Both the position numbers and the translations under genes were made by a program. Shown here one piece after another: positions 38,688 through 48,266 of a stretch of 64,000 nt of DNA. Under the pieces are notes generated by a model. That model saw only the letters and a list, made by a program, of their open reading frames with translations. It had not been told where the DNA came from and did not search any database. Position 1 is the first letter of the stretch. Each line of letters opens with the position of its first letter. The DNA is from a candidate division WOR-3 bacterium. GTDB taxonomy: Bacteria; Hydrothermota; Hydrothermia; LBFQ01. The stretch spans positions 32,001 through 96,000 of the forward strand of contig JALUCS010000083.1 of assembly GCA_027050205.1 (NCBI GenBank), written 5' to 3'.

Positions 38688-39968
38688 ATGCTGTTTTTCC
38701 TTACGGCCACTTTTGTAAAGGGACTGCGGTACTCCGATATGTCCTGGAAGAGCATATTGACGCCGGCGAGGGACAGCGGCGTTGTCCTGTCCGTAGGCTT
38801 CGGGTACGCCAAACTGACCCCATCCGGCAGTGTCGTATGGGCGAAATCCGTCCCCACCTGGAGGCTGGACTACATCGGGACGTACCCCGGAGGCTACTTC
38901 TTCACACAGGACGGGAGCGGATTTATTCTATCACTGATAGACGAAAACGGGAACATAGTGCGCTCCTTCACCTACTCCTACCCTTCCTTCTGCGGGACCA
39001 ACGTTCAGGACGTCGCATGGGACGGTGATGGCTTCGTCTTCCTCCTAAAATCCTGTTTTAGCGACCTCTCCGCCTACAGGCCGGCCCTCGTAAAGATAGA
39101 CACCCTCGGGAACGTAATGTGGGCGAAGAGGTACCCTTCCCTCGGTCCCCAAACCGACGCCCTCGTAAAGGTTGGGGGCAGGCTCTTCGTAGCAGCGACG
39201 GATACGAGCGATACGGTGATAATATTTGCGATGGACGGAAACGGAGACCCCCTGTGGGCGAAGAAGATGGGTTTTATGCGACAGATGTCCTACTGGGGGT
39301 GGAGGGTTATGCGACTTGAGAGGATAGGGACGGACGTCCTGTTCTACCTGCGGACAGGTTCGGAGCCTCTTGTGCGCCTTGACACGCTCGGGAACGTCGT
39401 ATGGGACAGGCGTCTGCTCTACATGAACGGCTACGACCTCCTGGTCCTCGGTGGTCACATATACGTAGGTGGATGGGAGAACGTTGTAAAGATGGACAGC
39501 GCCGGAAACCTCATATGGAAGAAGAAGTACGCCACGGAGTGGGTGGCGAGCATCTACGACATAACCTTCGCCGACGGCCACATCTACGCCTACGCGGACC
39601 CGAACTTCGCGGCGGACACCTTACTTCTCATAAAGATTGACACGGCGACCGGCTACGCCCCCTGCTCACGGGACGCCTCCGTCTCCGCCTACGATACCAC
39701 CTTCTCCATCTCAAGCATCACGCCACCCGCAGCCGAAAACCTGACCCTTTCCAGATCCTCCGGGGAGACGGCCGGCAGCGCCACGGTTGCCGTATTCAAC
39801 GGGTGTATCTCTACCGATATATCCGAGGGTGAAACACCCGTTCCGTGCGAGAGCAAGAAAGAGATATACGACGCCTCCGGCCGAAGGTACAGGCAACTTC
39901 CCGACAGGCCCGGAATATACTTCATAAGGGTACGGGGAAGGGTGCGGAGGGTGATTAGGGTCCGATGA
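38688..39968 (+). CDS. Secreted beta-propeller protein with short T9SS-like tail (tandem paralog)
   Basis: Repeats K.DT.GNV.WAK; tail IYDASGRR...PGIYFIR...RRVIRVR. Confidence 0.8.
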   Translation: MLFFLTATFVKGLRYSDMSWKSILTPARDSGVVLSVGFGYAKLTPSGSVVWAKSVPTWRLDYIGTYPGGYFFTQDGSGFILSLIDENGNIVRSFTYSYPSFCGTNVQDVAWDGDGFVFLLKSCFSDLSAYRPALVKIDTLGNVMWAKRYPSLGPQTDALVKVGGRLFVAATDTSDTVIIFAMDGNGDPLWAKKMGFMRQMSYWGWRVMRLERIGTDVLFYLRTGSEPLVRLDTLGNVVWDRRLLYMNGYDLLVLGGHIYVGGWENVVKMDSAGNLIWKKKYATEWVASIYDITFADGHIYAYADPNFAADTLLLIKIDTATGYAPCSRDASVSAYDTTFSISSITPPAAENLTLSRSSGETAGSATVAVFNGCISTDISEGETPVPCESKKEIYDASGRRYRQLPDRPGIYFIRVRGRVRRVIRVR

Positions 39969-40029
39969 GGGAGACAGGGCCATTGGGGCGGCTTGACCTC
40001 CCTTGGGCGACGGGTGTAAAATACTCCGT

Positions 40030-41739
40030 ATGCTCCGCAAGGTAGTTCTGGCACTTTTCGTAATTCCGGCTATCCTTAAGGCGGATACTTTGGCGATAAT
40101 CCACATAAACGATACCCATCACCACCTGTTCCCCTACAAGTCTTGGAACGGTATAGCATCGGCCGCCTACCTCATAAGGTACCTGAAGGCCACCTATCCC
40201 AACAACCTCTTCTTCCACGCTGGGGACATCTTCGTCGGGGACTTCTCCTTCCCCTACGGTCTGGGCAGGGAGGAGTTGAGGCTACTTAGTCTCCTCCACC
40301 CCGATGCCATAACCATAGGAAACCACGAGCTAGACATAACTCCCGATAGCCTCTACTCCGTCCTCTCCGACGTCGGTGGCTTCACGACCTTTCTCTCGTC
40401 CAACCTCCGTCCGGACACCATTCCCCTCGCCTCCGTAGTCAGGCCCTACACAACCTTTACTAGGTCCGGGAGGCTGATATGCGTCCTCGGCCTGACCACC
40501 AACCAGTTCAACCTCCTGAACCCCGCCCAGCAGCCCGTCCAGTTTGAGAACCCCGTGTACGTAGCCCGGATGTACGAGGATACCTTTGACGTCTTGGGGT
40601 GCGACTACCGGATAATCCTCTCCCACTCCGGCGTGAACGTGGATAGCGCCATAGCATCCGGCACCCACAGCTACAACCTCATAGTCTCCGGCCATACCCA
40701 CACGTGCTACGAGGAGCCGGCTAAGGTGGTGAACCTCTCCGGGGATACGACCTACTTCGCCGAAGCTTGCTCCCACTATCAAGCCGTTGGCCTCTGGCTG
40801 ATAGATATGGACGCCCTAAGACCCATCAGCCATACCCTATTTCACTTGGACGCCACCTCTCCCGTTGATAGCGAGTTCGTGGATTCCCTCAACGCCCTGA
40901 AGGCGAGGATTGAGGCCGTATACGGACCCGTCTTCTCCGACTTCGTGGCCTACGCTCCGAGGGAGCTTAGGAACGTACCCGACAGTTCCCAGTACCTTGA
41001 TACGCCCCTCGGCAACCTCATAGCAGACGCCTTAAGGGAAAAGGCGGGGACGGACATAGGGGTTGTACCCTACTTCTACATGGCCGAACCCCTCGCCGCC
41101 GGTCGTATAACCTCCAACGACGTCTTGATGGCCTTTCCCTACGGCCTAAGCGAGACGGCCATAACCGGTACGAACCTGTACCTCTTGAGGGTCACCCTCC
41201 GGGGGGCGGACCTCTACACCCTCCTCTCGGTTTCCCAGAGCTTCGTCGGCCGGACCCCCATAGCCCAAGTTTCGGGGATGACGTACAGGTTTGATCCGGA
41301 GGACAGCCCGCCCCTTGAGCCTTCGGATATAACCGTCGGCGGTGTTCCGTTGGACACCACGGCCACCTACTCCGTGGCAGCAGATATGGGTACCCTCTAC
41401 CTCGCCAGCCTCCTCGGTATAACCCCCGTCTCGGTGGAGACCACGGCCTACACGATGTTTACGGCTATGAGGGAGTACTTCTCCGAGCTGGGCCTTCTGG
41501 AGGCCACCTCCGAAGGACGGATAGCTTACAAGGGGGTGGTAGCCTTAGCCGAGAGGAGGAAGGTTCCCGGCCTTGAGGTGGAGGTTTCCGGCTTGACGAT
41601 CTCCTCCGAAGCTCTTATGTTCATCTACGACCCCTCTGGTCGGCTCCTGACGAGGGGCAGCCGCCGATTCACCGCCCCGGCTCCCGGCATCTACTTCGTA
41701 AAGGTGGGCGACAGGGTAAAGAAGGTGGTATTGAGGTGA
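40030..41739 (+). CDS. 5'-nucleotidase/metallophosphoesterase with T9SS-like tail
   Basis: HINDTH, AGD, GNHE, LSHSG, SGHTH and LGNLIADA motifs; tail IYDPSGRL...PGIYFV...KKVVLR. Confidence 0.9.
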   Translation: MLRKVVLALFVIPAILKADTLAIIHINDTHHHLFPYKSWNGIASAAYLIRYLKATYPNNLFFHAGDIFVGDFSFPYGLGREELRLLSLLHPDAITIGNHELDITPDSLYSVLSDVGGFTTFLSSNLRPDTIPLASVVRPYTTFTRSGRLICVLGLTTNQFNLLNPAQQPVQFENPVYVARMYEDTFDVLGCDYRIILSHSGVNVDSAIASGTHSYNLIVSGHTHTCYEEPAKVVNLSGDTTYFAEACSHYQAVGLWLIDMDALRPISHTLFHLDATSPVDSEFVDSLNALKARIEAVYGPVFSDFVAYAPRELRNVPDSSQYLDTPLGNLIADALREKAGTDIGVVPYFYMAEPLAAGRITSNDVLMAFPYGLSETAITGTNLYLLRVTLRGADLYTLLSVSQSFVGRTPIAQVSGMTYRFDPEDSPPLEPSDITVGGVPLDTTATYSVAADMGTLYLASLLGITPVSVETTAYTMFTAMREYFSELGLLEATSEGRIAYKGVVALAERRKVPGLEVEVSGLTISSEALMFIYDPSGRLLTRGSRRFTAPAPGIYFVKVGDRVKKVVLR

Positions 41740-42647
41740 AGGCGGAACCCCACTTCTCAACGGCCTACTGGGTGTTCCCCAAGGACGCCAATCCCCTCGG
41801 CTACCTGTTCGGCGGTCGTCTGATGCACTGGGTGGTAAGGAGCGCCTCCGTCTACTCCTCCATGCTCCTCCGCCGCCCCGTCGTCATCGGTTATATGGGC
41901 AGTTTTGACTTCATAAACCCCATAAGGGTCGGAGATATGGTGGAGGTCCAGATATCCCCCCTATTCACTACCACCCACACCGTAACCGTCAAGGTCGCCG
42001 TCTTCGCTGGGGCAACGTCCGACGAAGAGTTCCGCTTTACGACGGCGGCCGAACTTACCTTCGTATCCATAGACGACAGGGGAAGGCCGGTAGCCCACGG
42101 CCTCTCCATCCCTTCCCCCACCTTGGAGAAGGAACTCAAGGAGAAGATAAAGGCTATGAAAGGGGCCTACGAGAGGTTAAAGGAGCCGGAGGGCTACGAC
42201 CTCAAGACCGTCTATGGGGTAACCACGGAGGACACCTTCTTCTACAACCTGATGTCGGGCGCCCGCCTCTTAGAGTACATAGACCAGCTCTCCGTCCTTA
42301 CGGCCATCAGGTACGCCGGGGCCTCTATGTTCACGGCCTCCATTGACGAGACCATCTTCATAAGCCCCATAAGGCAGGACGAGTACGTGGAGATATACAC
42401 CCGCCTTAACGCTGTATGGCGCACATCGGCCGAGGTGGAGGTCTGGGTCTTCGCCAACGACCCCATATCCGGTAGTAGGAGACTCTCCACCCATACCTTC
42501 GTCAGCGCCGTCCTCGTGGATAGGAGTAGGCACCTGAACCCCTACGCCCCCTCTCCGGAACTTTACGCCGAGGCCACCCGGAGGAAAGAGCGAAGGTTAG
42601 CGAGAAAGAGGAGGCTCCTGGAGGGGGTACTCCTCCCCTATAATTAA
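41736..42647 (+). CDS. Double-hotdog acyl-CoA thioesterase
   Basis: Two hotdog units: VFPKDANPLGYLFGG..F.NPI.VGD and DTF....SGA.LL.YID..TASID..F.SPI. Confidence 0.85.
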   Translation: MKAEPHFSTAYWVFPKDANPLGYLFGGRLMHWVVRSASVYSSMLLRRPVVIGYMGSFDFINPIRVGDMVEVQISPLFTTTHTVTVKVAVFAGATSDEEFRFTTAAELTFVSIDDRGRPVAHGLSIPSPTLEKELKEKIKAMKGAYERLKEPEGYDLKTVYGVTTEDTFFYNLMSGARLLEYIDQLSVLTAIRYAGASMFTASIDETIFISPIRQDEYVEIYTRLNAVWRTSAEVEVWVFANDPISGSRRLSTHTFVSAVLVDRSRHLNPYAPSPELYAEATRRKERRLARKRRLLEGVLLPYN

Positions 42648-42654
42648 CGGCCCC

Positions 42655-43686
42655 TTGAGGATAGAGGTACGGGAGCTCTCCAAGGTGTTCGGCGACTTCG
42701 TCGTCCTCTCTGGCCTTAGTTTTGAGATAGGGGACGGGGAGTTCATAGTTGTACTCGGACCGTCCGGATGCGGCAAGACCACCCTCCTGCGGATAATAGC
42801 CGGCCTTGAGAGGCCCACCTCCGGTACGATCCTCTTTGACGGGAAGGACGTCACCCACCTGCCGCCGGCCAAGAGGGACATCGGTATGGTCTTCCAGAAC
42901 TACGCCCTCTACCCCCATATGACCGTCTACGAGAACCTCGCCTTCCCCTTGAGGCTCAAGAAGGTGCCGAAGGACGAGATAGACCGGAGGGTGAAGGAGA
43001 TAGCCACCCTCTTAAAGATAGACCGCCACCTCCACAAGAGGCCCCGTCAACTCTCCGGAGGTCAGAGGCAGAGGGTGGCCCTCGGCAGGGCGCTCATAAA
43101 GAGGCCCAAGCTCTTCCTGTTTGACGAGCCTCTCTCCAACCTTGACGCCAACCTCCGTACGGAGATGAGGGCGGAGATAGGGAGGCTCCACCGGGAGTTC
43201 AAGACCACCAGCCTGTACGTCACCCACGACCAGGTTGAGGCGATGAGCCTCGCCGACCGTATCCTCATCCTCAACAGGGGGAGGATAGAGCAGTTCGCCG
43301 ACCCCCTGACGGTTTATAACGAGCCGGCGACGGCCTTCGTGGCCTCCTTCGTCGGCTCCCCCCCTATGAACCTCGTAGAGGGGGTGGTGGAGGAGGGTAA
43401 GTTTAGGTCGCCCGGAGGGTGGTGGGTGGCCGTGGATACCGACTACAGGGGCAAAGCCCTCCTTGGGTTCAGGCCGGAGGGTGCCAAGCTCCGGGAGAAG
43501 GGGATAAGGGGGAGCGTCGTCCACCGCGAGATCTTTGGCCACGAGAGTATCGTTTATGTGGATATAGGTGGCGGGATAACCGTAAGCGTGAAGCACTACT
43601 CCCTTCCCCCCTCCATAGGCGAGAACGTGGCGATATGGGTAGACCGGTACTACCTCTTTGACGGGGAGGGGAAGAGACTCCTTTAA
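42655..43686 (+). CDS. MalK/MsmX-type sugar ABC transporter ATP-binding protein
   Basis: GPSGCGKTT, VFQNYALYPHM, LSGGQRQR, DEPLSNLD and YVTHDQ motifs. Confidence 0.95.
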   Translation: MRIEVRELSKVFGDFVVLSGLSFEIGDGEFIVVLGPSGCGKTTLLRIIAGLERPTSGTILFDGKDVTHLPPAKRDIGMVFQNYALYPHMTVYENLAFPLRLKKVPKDEIDRRVKEIATLLKIDRHLHKRPRQLSGGQRQRVALGRALIKRPKLFLFDEPLSNLDANLRTEMRAEIGRLHREFKTTSLYVTHDQVEAMSLADRILILNRGRIEQFADPLTVYNEPATAFVASFVGSPPMNLVEGVVEEGKFRSPGGWWVAVDTDYRGKALLGFRPEGAKLREKGIRGSVVHREIFGHESIVYVDIGGGITVSVKHYSLPPSIGENVAIWVDRYYLFDGEGKRLL

Positions 43687-43696
43687 AATACTTGAT

Positions 43697-45178
43697 ATGC
43701 TTCCGTTGATAGCCTCTCTGAACTTGGAGTTCTACGCTGCGGAGCCTACAGCCCAGCTCTTCTTCAACCACGTGGGCTTCCTCTCGGTTGGCTCCGCGGA
43801 GGGACCGGTGGGTCCCTACCTCAACCCGGCCGTCCTCACCCGCACCAGGGGGACTTTCTCCGCGTACCTGGGTTACTCCTCCTCCGCCCAGACCCCGCCG
43901 GACAGCTTCGGCTTCAAGGTACCCCTCCGTATGGACAGCCTCTCCTACGACCTCAACCTCTCCTCCAAGGTTACCTTCTCCGACCTCGGAGGGCCGAGCT
44001 ACCTTGGGGTGGCCTTCCACATCGGACCCGTGGCCTTCGGGGGGTCCCTCTTCCGGCCATCCCTCTTCGGTGCCTCCGTAGATGGGGACGTACCCGTTGA
44101 GTACGAGAGCGACAGCCTCGCCACCTTCAGCTACGTCGTATCCGACCCCGACAACGACAGCGTGGCCGTAAATCTGACGCCCTACGGTACGGTTAAGGGA
44201 AAGATCTTCCCGAAGGGCGACATCAGGATGAGGGAGACCCCCCTCTTCGCCGGTGCCGCCGTCGGCGGTAAGGTGTTGGCCTTCGGTGTGGGGTTGAACG
44301 TACGGAGGATAGAGGGGAGGTTGAACTTCGGTACCCACCTCTCCGTAGATTCGGGTACCACCCTGAAGGCGAAGGTGAGGCCCGCAGACCCCGGATGGGA
44401 CGCGAGTAATCTAAACGTTTCCCTCGTGTACGACCCCGACTCCTCCCTCGTTGGGACGAGGGCCTCCGGCTCCTTCGCTGCTACCTACATCGCCCCGGTC
44501 GTGGGTCTCAACCTGAACCTCCTTGTGGTGGGTGTGAATCTCGCCGCCGAGATGGGACTCTCCGGGAGTACAGGGGCCAACTTCTCCACCTCCCTCCTTC
44601 TTCCCAAGGACGCGGGGATGGAGGTCCTGGCCGACTCCGTGGATATTGACAGCACCACCCGTAGGATCTCCGGGAGCCTGCTCTTGAGGGTAAGGAGGAC
44701 GGAGGACACCACCGTAAGCAGGGACTTCTCCGCCACCTACAGGCTCGCCCGGTACGTCGGAGTTCGGGGCGGGGTCCGGCTCTTCTTCCTCTCCATCTCC
44801 GGTGCGGCCGAGTTCCCCGTTGAGGTGGGTAAGGGTCTCTTCTACTACGGCCGGAACTACTTCACCCCCAACCTACTAATCCCCCTCGGTCCGATTGAGG
44901 CGAGGGTAGGGGGCGTCTTTATGTGGAGGTACGCCTTCTTCGGGAATACGGTCCTGCCTTCCGCTCCTATGTTCTACGGAGGTGGCGGTCTGTCCCTAAA
45001 GGCGCCGCTGGGTACGGAGGCCTTCGGCATAGAGAGGTTGGACGTCGGGGTACGGGGCAGCTTCCTCTCCTATCTCGTGAAGGTGGTGGCTGAAGGGCTT
45101 TCCGGAGGTAAGCTCGGAGACTTCTCCACCGCCCCTACCGTTGCCTTCAGCCTTGGGACGCAACTCTACGTAAGGTGA
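43697..45178 (+). CDS. Outer-membrane beta-barrel, FadL/PorV-like
   Basis: N-terminal YLNPAVL hatch-like motif, alternating amphipathic strands, and C-terminal [10 protein letters not shown]. Confidence 0.55.
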   Translation: MLPLIASLNLEFYAAEPTAQLFFNHVGFLSVGSAEGPVGPYLNPAVLTRTRGTFSAYLGYSSSAQTPPDSFGFKVPLRMDSLSYDLNLSSKVTFSDLGGPSYLGVAFHIGPVAFGGSLFRPSLFGASVDGDVPVEYESDSLATFSYVVSDPDNDSVAVNLTPYGTVKGKIFPKGDIRMRETPLFAGAAVGGKVLAFGVGLNVRRIEGRLNFGTHLSVDSGTTLKAKVRPADPGWDASNLNVSLVYDPDSSLVGTRASGSFAATYIAPVVGLNLNLLVVGVNLAAEMGLSGSTGANFSTSLLLPKDAGMEVLADSVDIDSTTRRISGSLLLRVRRTEDTTVSRDFSATYRLARYVGVRGGVRLFFLSISGAAEFPVEVGKGLFYYGRNYFTPNLLIPLGPIEARVGGVFMWRYAFFGNTVLPSAPMFYGGGGLSLKAPLGTEAFGIERLDVGVRGSFLSYLVKVVAEGLSGGKLGDFSTAPTVAFSLGTQLYVR

Positions 45179-45645
45179 TGAAGGGCCTCGTAAGGGACCC
45201 CCGTCTCCTCGGTGAAGCCTTGAGGGGAGCTAACCTGAAGGTGGTCTTCACCAACGGATGCTTTGACATCCTCCACCGGGGACACGTGGAGCTGTTGAGG
45301 TTTGCCAAGGGCCTTGGGGACGTCCTGGTCGTGGGTCTCAACACGGACGACTCCGTCCGCCGTCTCAAGGGACAGGAGAGACCCATCAACCCCCTCCCCG
45401 ACAGGGCGGCCGTCCTGCTGGCTATCCGCTGGGTAGACTTCGTCGTCCCCTTCGGTGAGGATACGCCGGAGAGGTTAATACGGGAGTTGAGGCCCGACGT
45501 CCTCGTAAAGGGTGGGGACTACAGGTTGGAGGATATAGTGGGGGCGGAGTTCGTTACGTCCTACGGCGGGGAGGTTAGAATCTTCCCCTACCTTGAGGGG
45601 TACTCCACCACCTCCATAGTTAGGAGGCTCAAGGGTCAATCGTAG
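45178..45645 (+). CDS. rfaE2: D-glycero-beta-D-manno-heptose 1-phosphate adenylyltransferase
   Basis: [35 protein letters not shown] and YSTT motifs. Confidence 0.95.
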   Translation: MKGLVRDPRLLGEALRGANLKVVFTNGCFDILHRGHVELLRFAKGLGDVLVVGLNTDDSVRRLKGQERPINPLPDRAAVLLAIRWVDFVVPFGEDTPERLIRELRPDVLVKGGDYRLEDIVGAEFVTSYGGEVRIFPYLEGYSTTSIVRRLKGQS

Positions 45646-46007
45646 GTTTGGGATATCTCCTCCCAGAGCCTCCTCGCCCCCGCAACGAAACCTTCCATAT
45701 AGTCGTCCGTGCTAAGCATCATCAACGGCCTCTCCTCGTCCCCCTCCACCAGTACCACACTTATAAAGCCTCCTACCTCCATCGCGTCCCAAGTCTCACC
45801 GAAGGGTAGCTCCGCCACGAACTCCACATCGCCAACCTCCACCGTGAAAAGGAGGTAGGGGGCATCGTCCTCCTCACCGTACATAACGTCAAGGTTCACG
45901 GGCAGGGAATCACTCTTCGGTAGCTCTATCTCCCCCTCCGCCTTGAAGTATAAGCGGAGGCCCAACTCGTAGACCTCCGCGCGGAGCATTTTGAAAACAC
46001 GTTTCAT
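45636..46007 (-). CDS. Hypothetical acidic protein
   Basis: 123 aa ORF with host-like codon usage at the end of a minus-strand run. Confidence 0.6.
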   Translation of the reverse strand: MKRVFKMLRAEVYELGLRLYFKAEGEIELPKSDSLPVNLDVMYGEEDDAPYLLFTVEVGDVEFVAELPFGETWDAMEVGGFISVVLVEGDEERPLMMLSTDDYMEGFVAGARRLWEEISQTYD

Positions 46008-46020
46008 AATCCACCCATTG

Positions 46021-46434
46021 CTAAGCCAAGGCCGATAGAAGTTCCTCCGTATCCGTATCCTCAGTCAGGATCTCCTGCAGGATGTTGTACGTCGTGCGAG
46101 GCTCCCTGTCCAGGCGGTCTATCACCCTAAGCATACGGGAGTACAGCTCCCCGTCCTGCGGCCACGAGTTGGCGATGACCCGGTAGATCCGGGAGTAGCT
46201 CTCAACGACTATGGGGTTGCGGAGGATGTAGGAGTAGTCCTGTACGGGTTCGTACTCCAAGAGGTAGTAGAGGTTGCGTCCCTTCTTCAGTTGGACGTCG
46301 TACACGCCGAGCATAGACAGGTTCCTGCCGATGATCTTTATGACGCCGATACCGTCGGCCACGCTCACGTACAGGCGTTGCTTACCTTTATACACACGCT
46401 CATCAAGTACGAGAACTCTTGCCCTGTACTCCAT
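46021..46434 (-). CDS. Short RecO-like protein (N-terminal OB fold plus part of the helical region)
   Basis: VLVL..RVY....R......G.I...G...L...D.QL.KGRNLY.L...E.V.DY..I pattern resembles the RecO N-terminus. Confidence 0.5.
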   Translation of the reverse strand: MEYRARVLVLDERVYKGKQRLYVSVADGIGVIKIIGRNLSMLGVYDVQLKKGRNLYYLLEYEPVQDYSYILRNPIVVESYSRIYRVIANSWPQDGELYSRMLRVIDRLDREPRTTYNILQEILTEDTDTEELLSALA

Positions 46435-47335
46435 AAACTTCTACCTCCTTCTTTTCTTCCGTCTTCAAGGCTACAGGCATAAAGTCAGTATTATACGCGA
46501 AAACCACCTCCCCGTTCCTCCTCAAGGCGATAACCCCGACGGGGTACTCCGTCCTCCTCACCAGCTCCTCTGCGGCCTCCTTTAGTGGGGTGCCGTAGGC
46601 CACCCTATCGCACAGGGTCTTGGTCAGGAGCATCTGGATTATGCCCTCCCCTATACCCGTCGCCGAGGCCCCGCAACCGTTTTCCGCCCACGTCCCCGCC
46701 CCCGGTATGGGCGTATCTCCGACCCTTCCGGGCAACTTTACGGACGTCCCCCCCGTGGAGGTTCCGGCTACCACGCTCCTGCCGTCGGTGGCCACGGCTC
46801 CAACGGTGCCGATGAAGAGGTCCGGGTACTTCCTTATCAGGTCTATCGTCTTCGCCATTAGGGAGAGGTCGTCCCCCACCTCCTCCTTAAGGAGCTTCTC
46901 CCTCACCCTCTCCAACCTCCTCCTGGCGTAGTCGGTTATCAGGTTCCCCTCCGGAAGGTTGAAGAGTCGGGCTATCCTCTCCGCCCCCTCGCCGTACATC
47001 ACATGGTGGGAGGTCCTCTCGGCGATTATCCGGGCGAGGCTTATGGGGTTCTTAACCCTCCTGACGCCTATCACCGCCCCTACGAGGCGGGGGTTATCCC
47101 TGACTATGCAGGCGTCCATCTCCAGACTGCCGTCTATACTTAGGACGCTTCCCTTTCCGGCGTTGAAGTATGGGGAATCCTCAAGGACCTTTACGGCCTC
47201 CTCAACCGCCTTAACAGGATCCTCGTCAAGGAGGGAGTATCCCACTTCGGCCGCCTCCTTTAAGACGGGGAGGGCGTGCTTGAGCCTCTCCTCCCCCCAG
47301 CGTCCGGCTCCACCGTGAACGATTATCGCCTTCAT
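46403..47335 (-). CDS. iaaA: Isoaspartyl peptidase/L-asparaginase (Ntn hydrolase)
   Basis: IIVHGGAG, LEDSPYFNAG.GS, GTVGAVA, TSTGG, GRVGD.P and ATG.GE motifs. Confidence 0.93.
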   Translation of the reverse strand: MKAIIVHGGAGRWGEERLKHALPVLKEAAEVGYSLLDEDPVKAVEEAVKVLEDSPYFNAGKGSVLSIDGSLEMDACIVRDNPRLVGAVIGVRRVKNPISLARIIAERTSHHVMYGEGAERIARLFNLPEGNLITDYARRRLERVREKLLKEEVGDDLSLMAKTIDLIRKYPDLFIGTVGAVATDGRSVVAGTSTGGTSVKLPGRVGDTPIPGAGTWAENGCGASATGIGEGIIQMLLTKTLCDRVAYGTPLKEAAEELVRRTEYPVGVIALRRNGEVVFAYNTDFMPVALKTEEKKEVEVYGVQGKSSRT

Positions 47336-47584
47336 CGGAAAAGTTTTTCATTATAAGGCAGAAACCCGGACCGTTCGCAAAGATTTCTGCAAAGGGCCTT
47401 CCCACCGTTGGGGTATGCTTTTAAGGTTCTGGCATCCGATACCCATAGAAAATGGACGGTAATGTAATAATCCATCACAGTTTGTGCGATTTCTAGCAAC
47501 TTTCAGCGAATGGGATAGGCGAGGGGGATCCGCCTTGTGTGAGTTGGGTATTGAGGGGGTATTACGTTGATAGAGGGATGCCAT

Positions 47585-47662
47585 CCGTACCTTCAAGAAC
47601 TGAAAGTGGAGCTTTAAGAAACCGGAACTTTCCCTTTAATAAATCGCAAATTGTACTTTAAG
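47585..47662 (+). repeat. Dispersed ~80 bp intergenic repeat, copy B
   Basis: 65/78 identity to 36587-36664; both copies are preceded by TGATAGAGGGAT. Confidence 0.85.
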
Positions 47663-47750
47663 ATCCTTGCACTCCTCATTAACGAATTTTGGAGGGTGTC
47701 ATTTCGTAGGGCTGTCTCAAAGGCGGCGTCTCCCTCTTAGAATCGTCTCC

Positions 47751-48266
47751 GTGAAGAGGTTTGGACCCCTGCTTGCGGTCTTCGTAGTCTTGGGGTGCAA
47801 GGGGGAGAAGAAGGGCAGGACACACCACGTGGAGCCGGGAGCCGACTCCGTGAAGGTTATAGCCACCAAGGGGGGACGTAAGCTCTGGGTGATGAAGTCC
47901 GTAAAGGTAAAGGAAAGGGGCGACACCCTAATAGGCTACGGGGTAAGGATAACCTTCTACAAGGGGGGGAAGGCTTCTTCCGTCCTCACCGCCGATTCTG
48001 GCAAGTACGACCAGGCTTCGGGGAATATGGTGGCCCTCGGCAGGGTCCATCTCGTCTCCTCCGACAGTACGGAGATGTGGAGCCAAAGCCTCCACTGGGA
48101 CGAGAAGCGGAGGGTGATATGGACGGAGGACTCGGTCAAGATATACGACCGTAAGAGGGATCGTACCCTGTACGCCAAGGGGATGGAGACGGACGCCTCT
48201 GTCTCTTACATCAAGTTCCTCTCCCCCGTCAGGGGCGAAGGGGAGGAGACGGAGACCGGGAGGTGA
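47751..48266 (+). CDS. lptC: LPS export ABC transporter periplasmic protein LptC
   Basis: Lipobox VVLG-C; LTADSG.YD...M.A.G.V, L.WD...I.T...V.I and G.ETD motifs. Confidence 0.85.
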   Translation: MKRFGPLLAVFVVLGCKGEKKGRTHHVEPGADSVKVIATKGGRKLWVMKSVKVKERGDTLIGYGVRITFYKGGKASSVLTADSGKYDQASGNMVALGRVHLVSSDSTEMWSQSLHWDEKRRVIWTEDSVKIYDRKRDRTLYAKGMETDASVSYIKFLSPVRGEGEETETGR

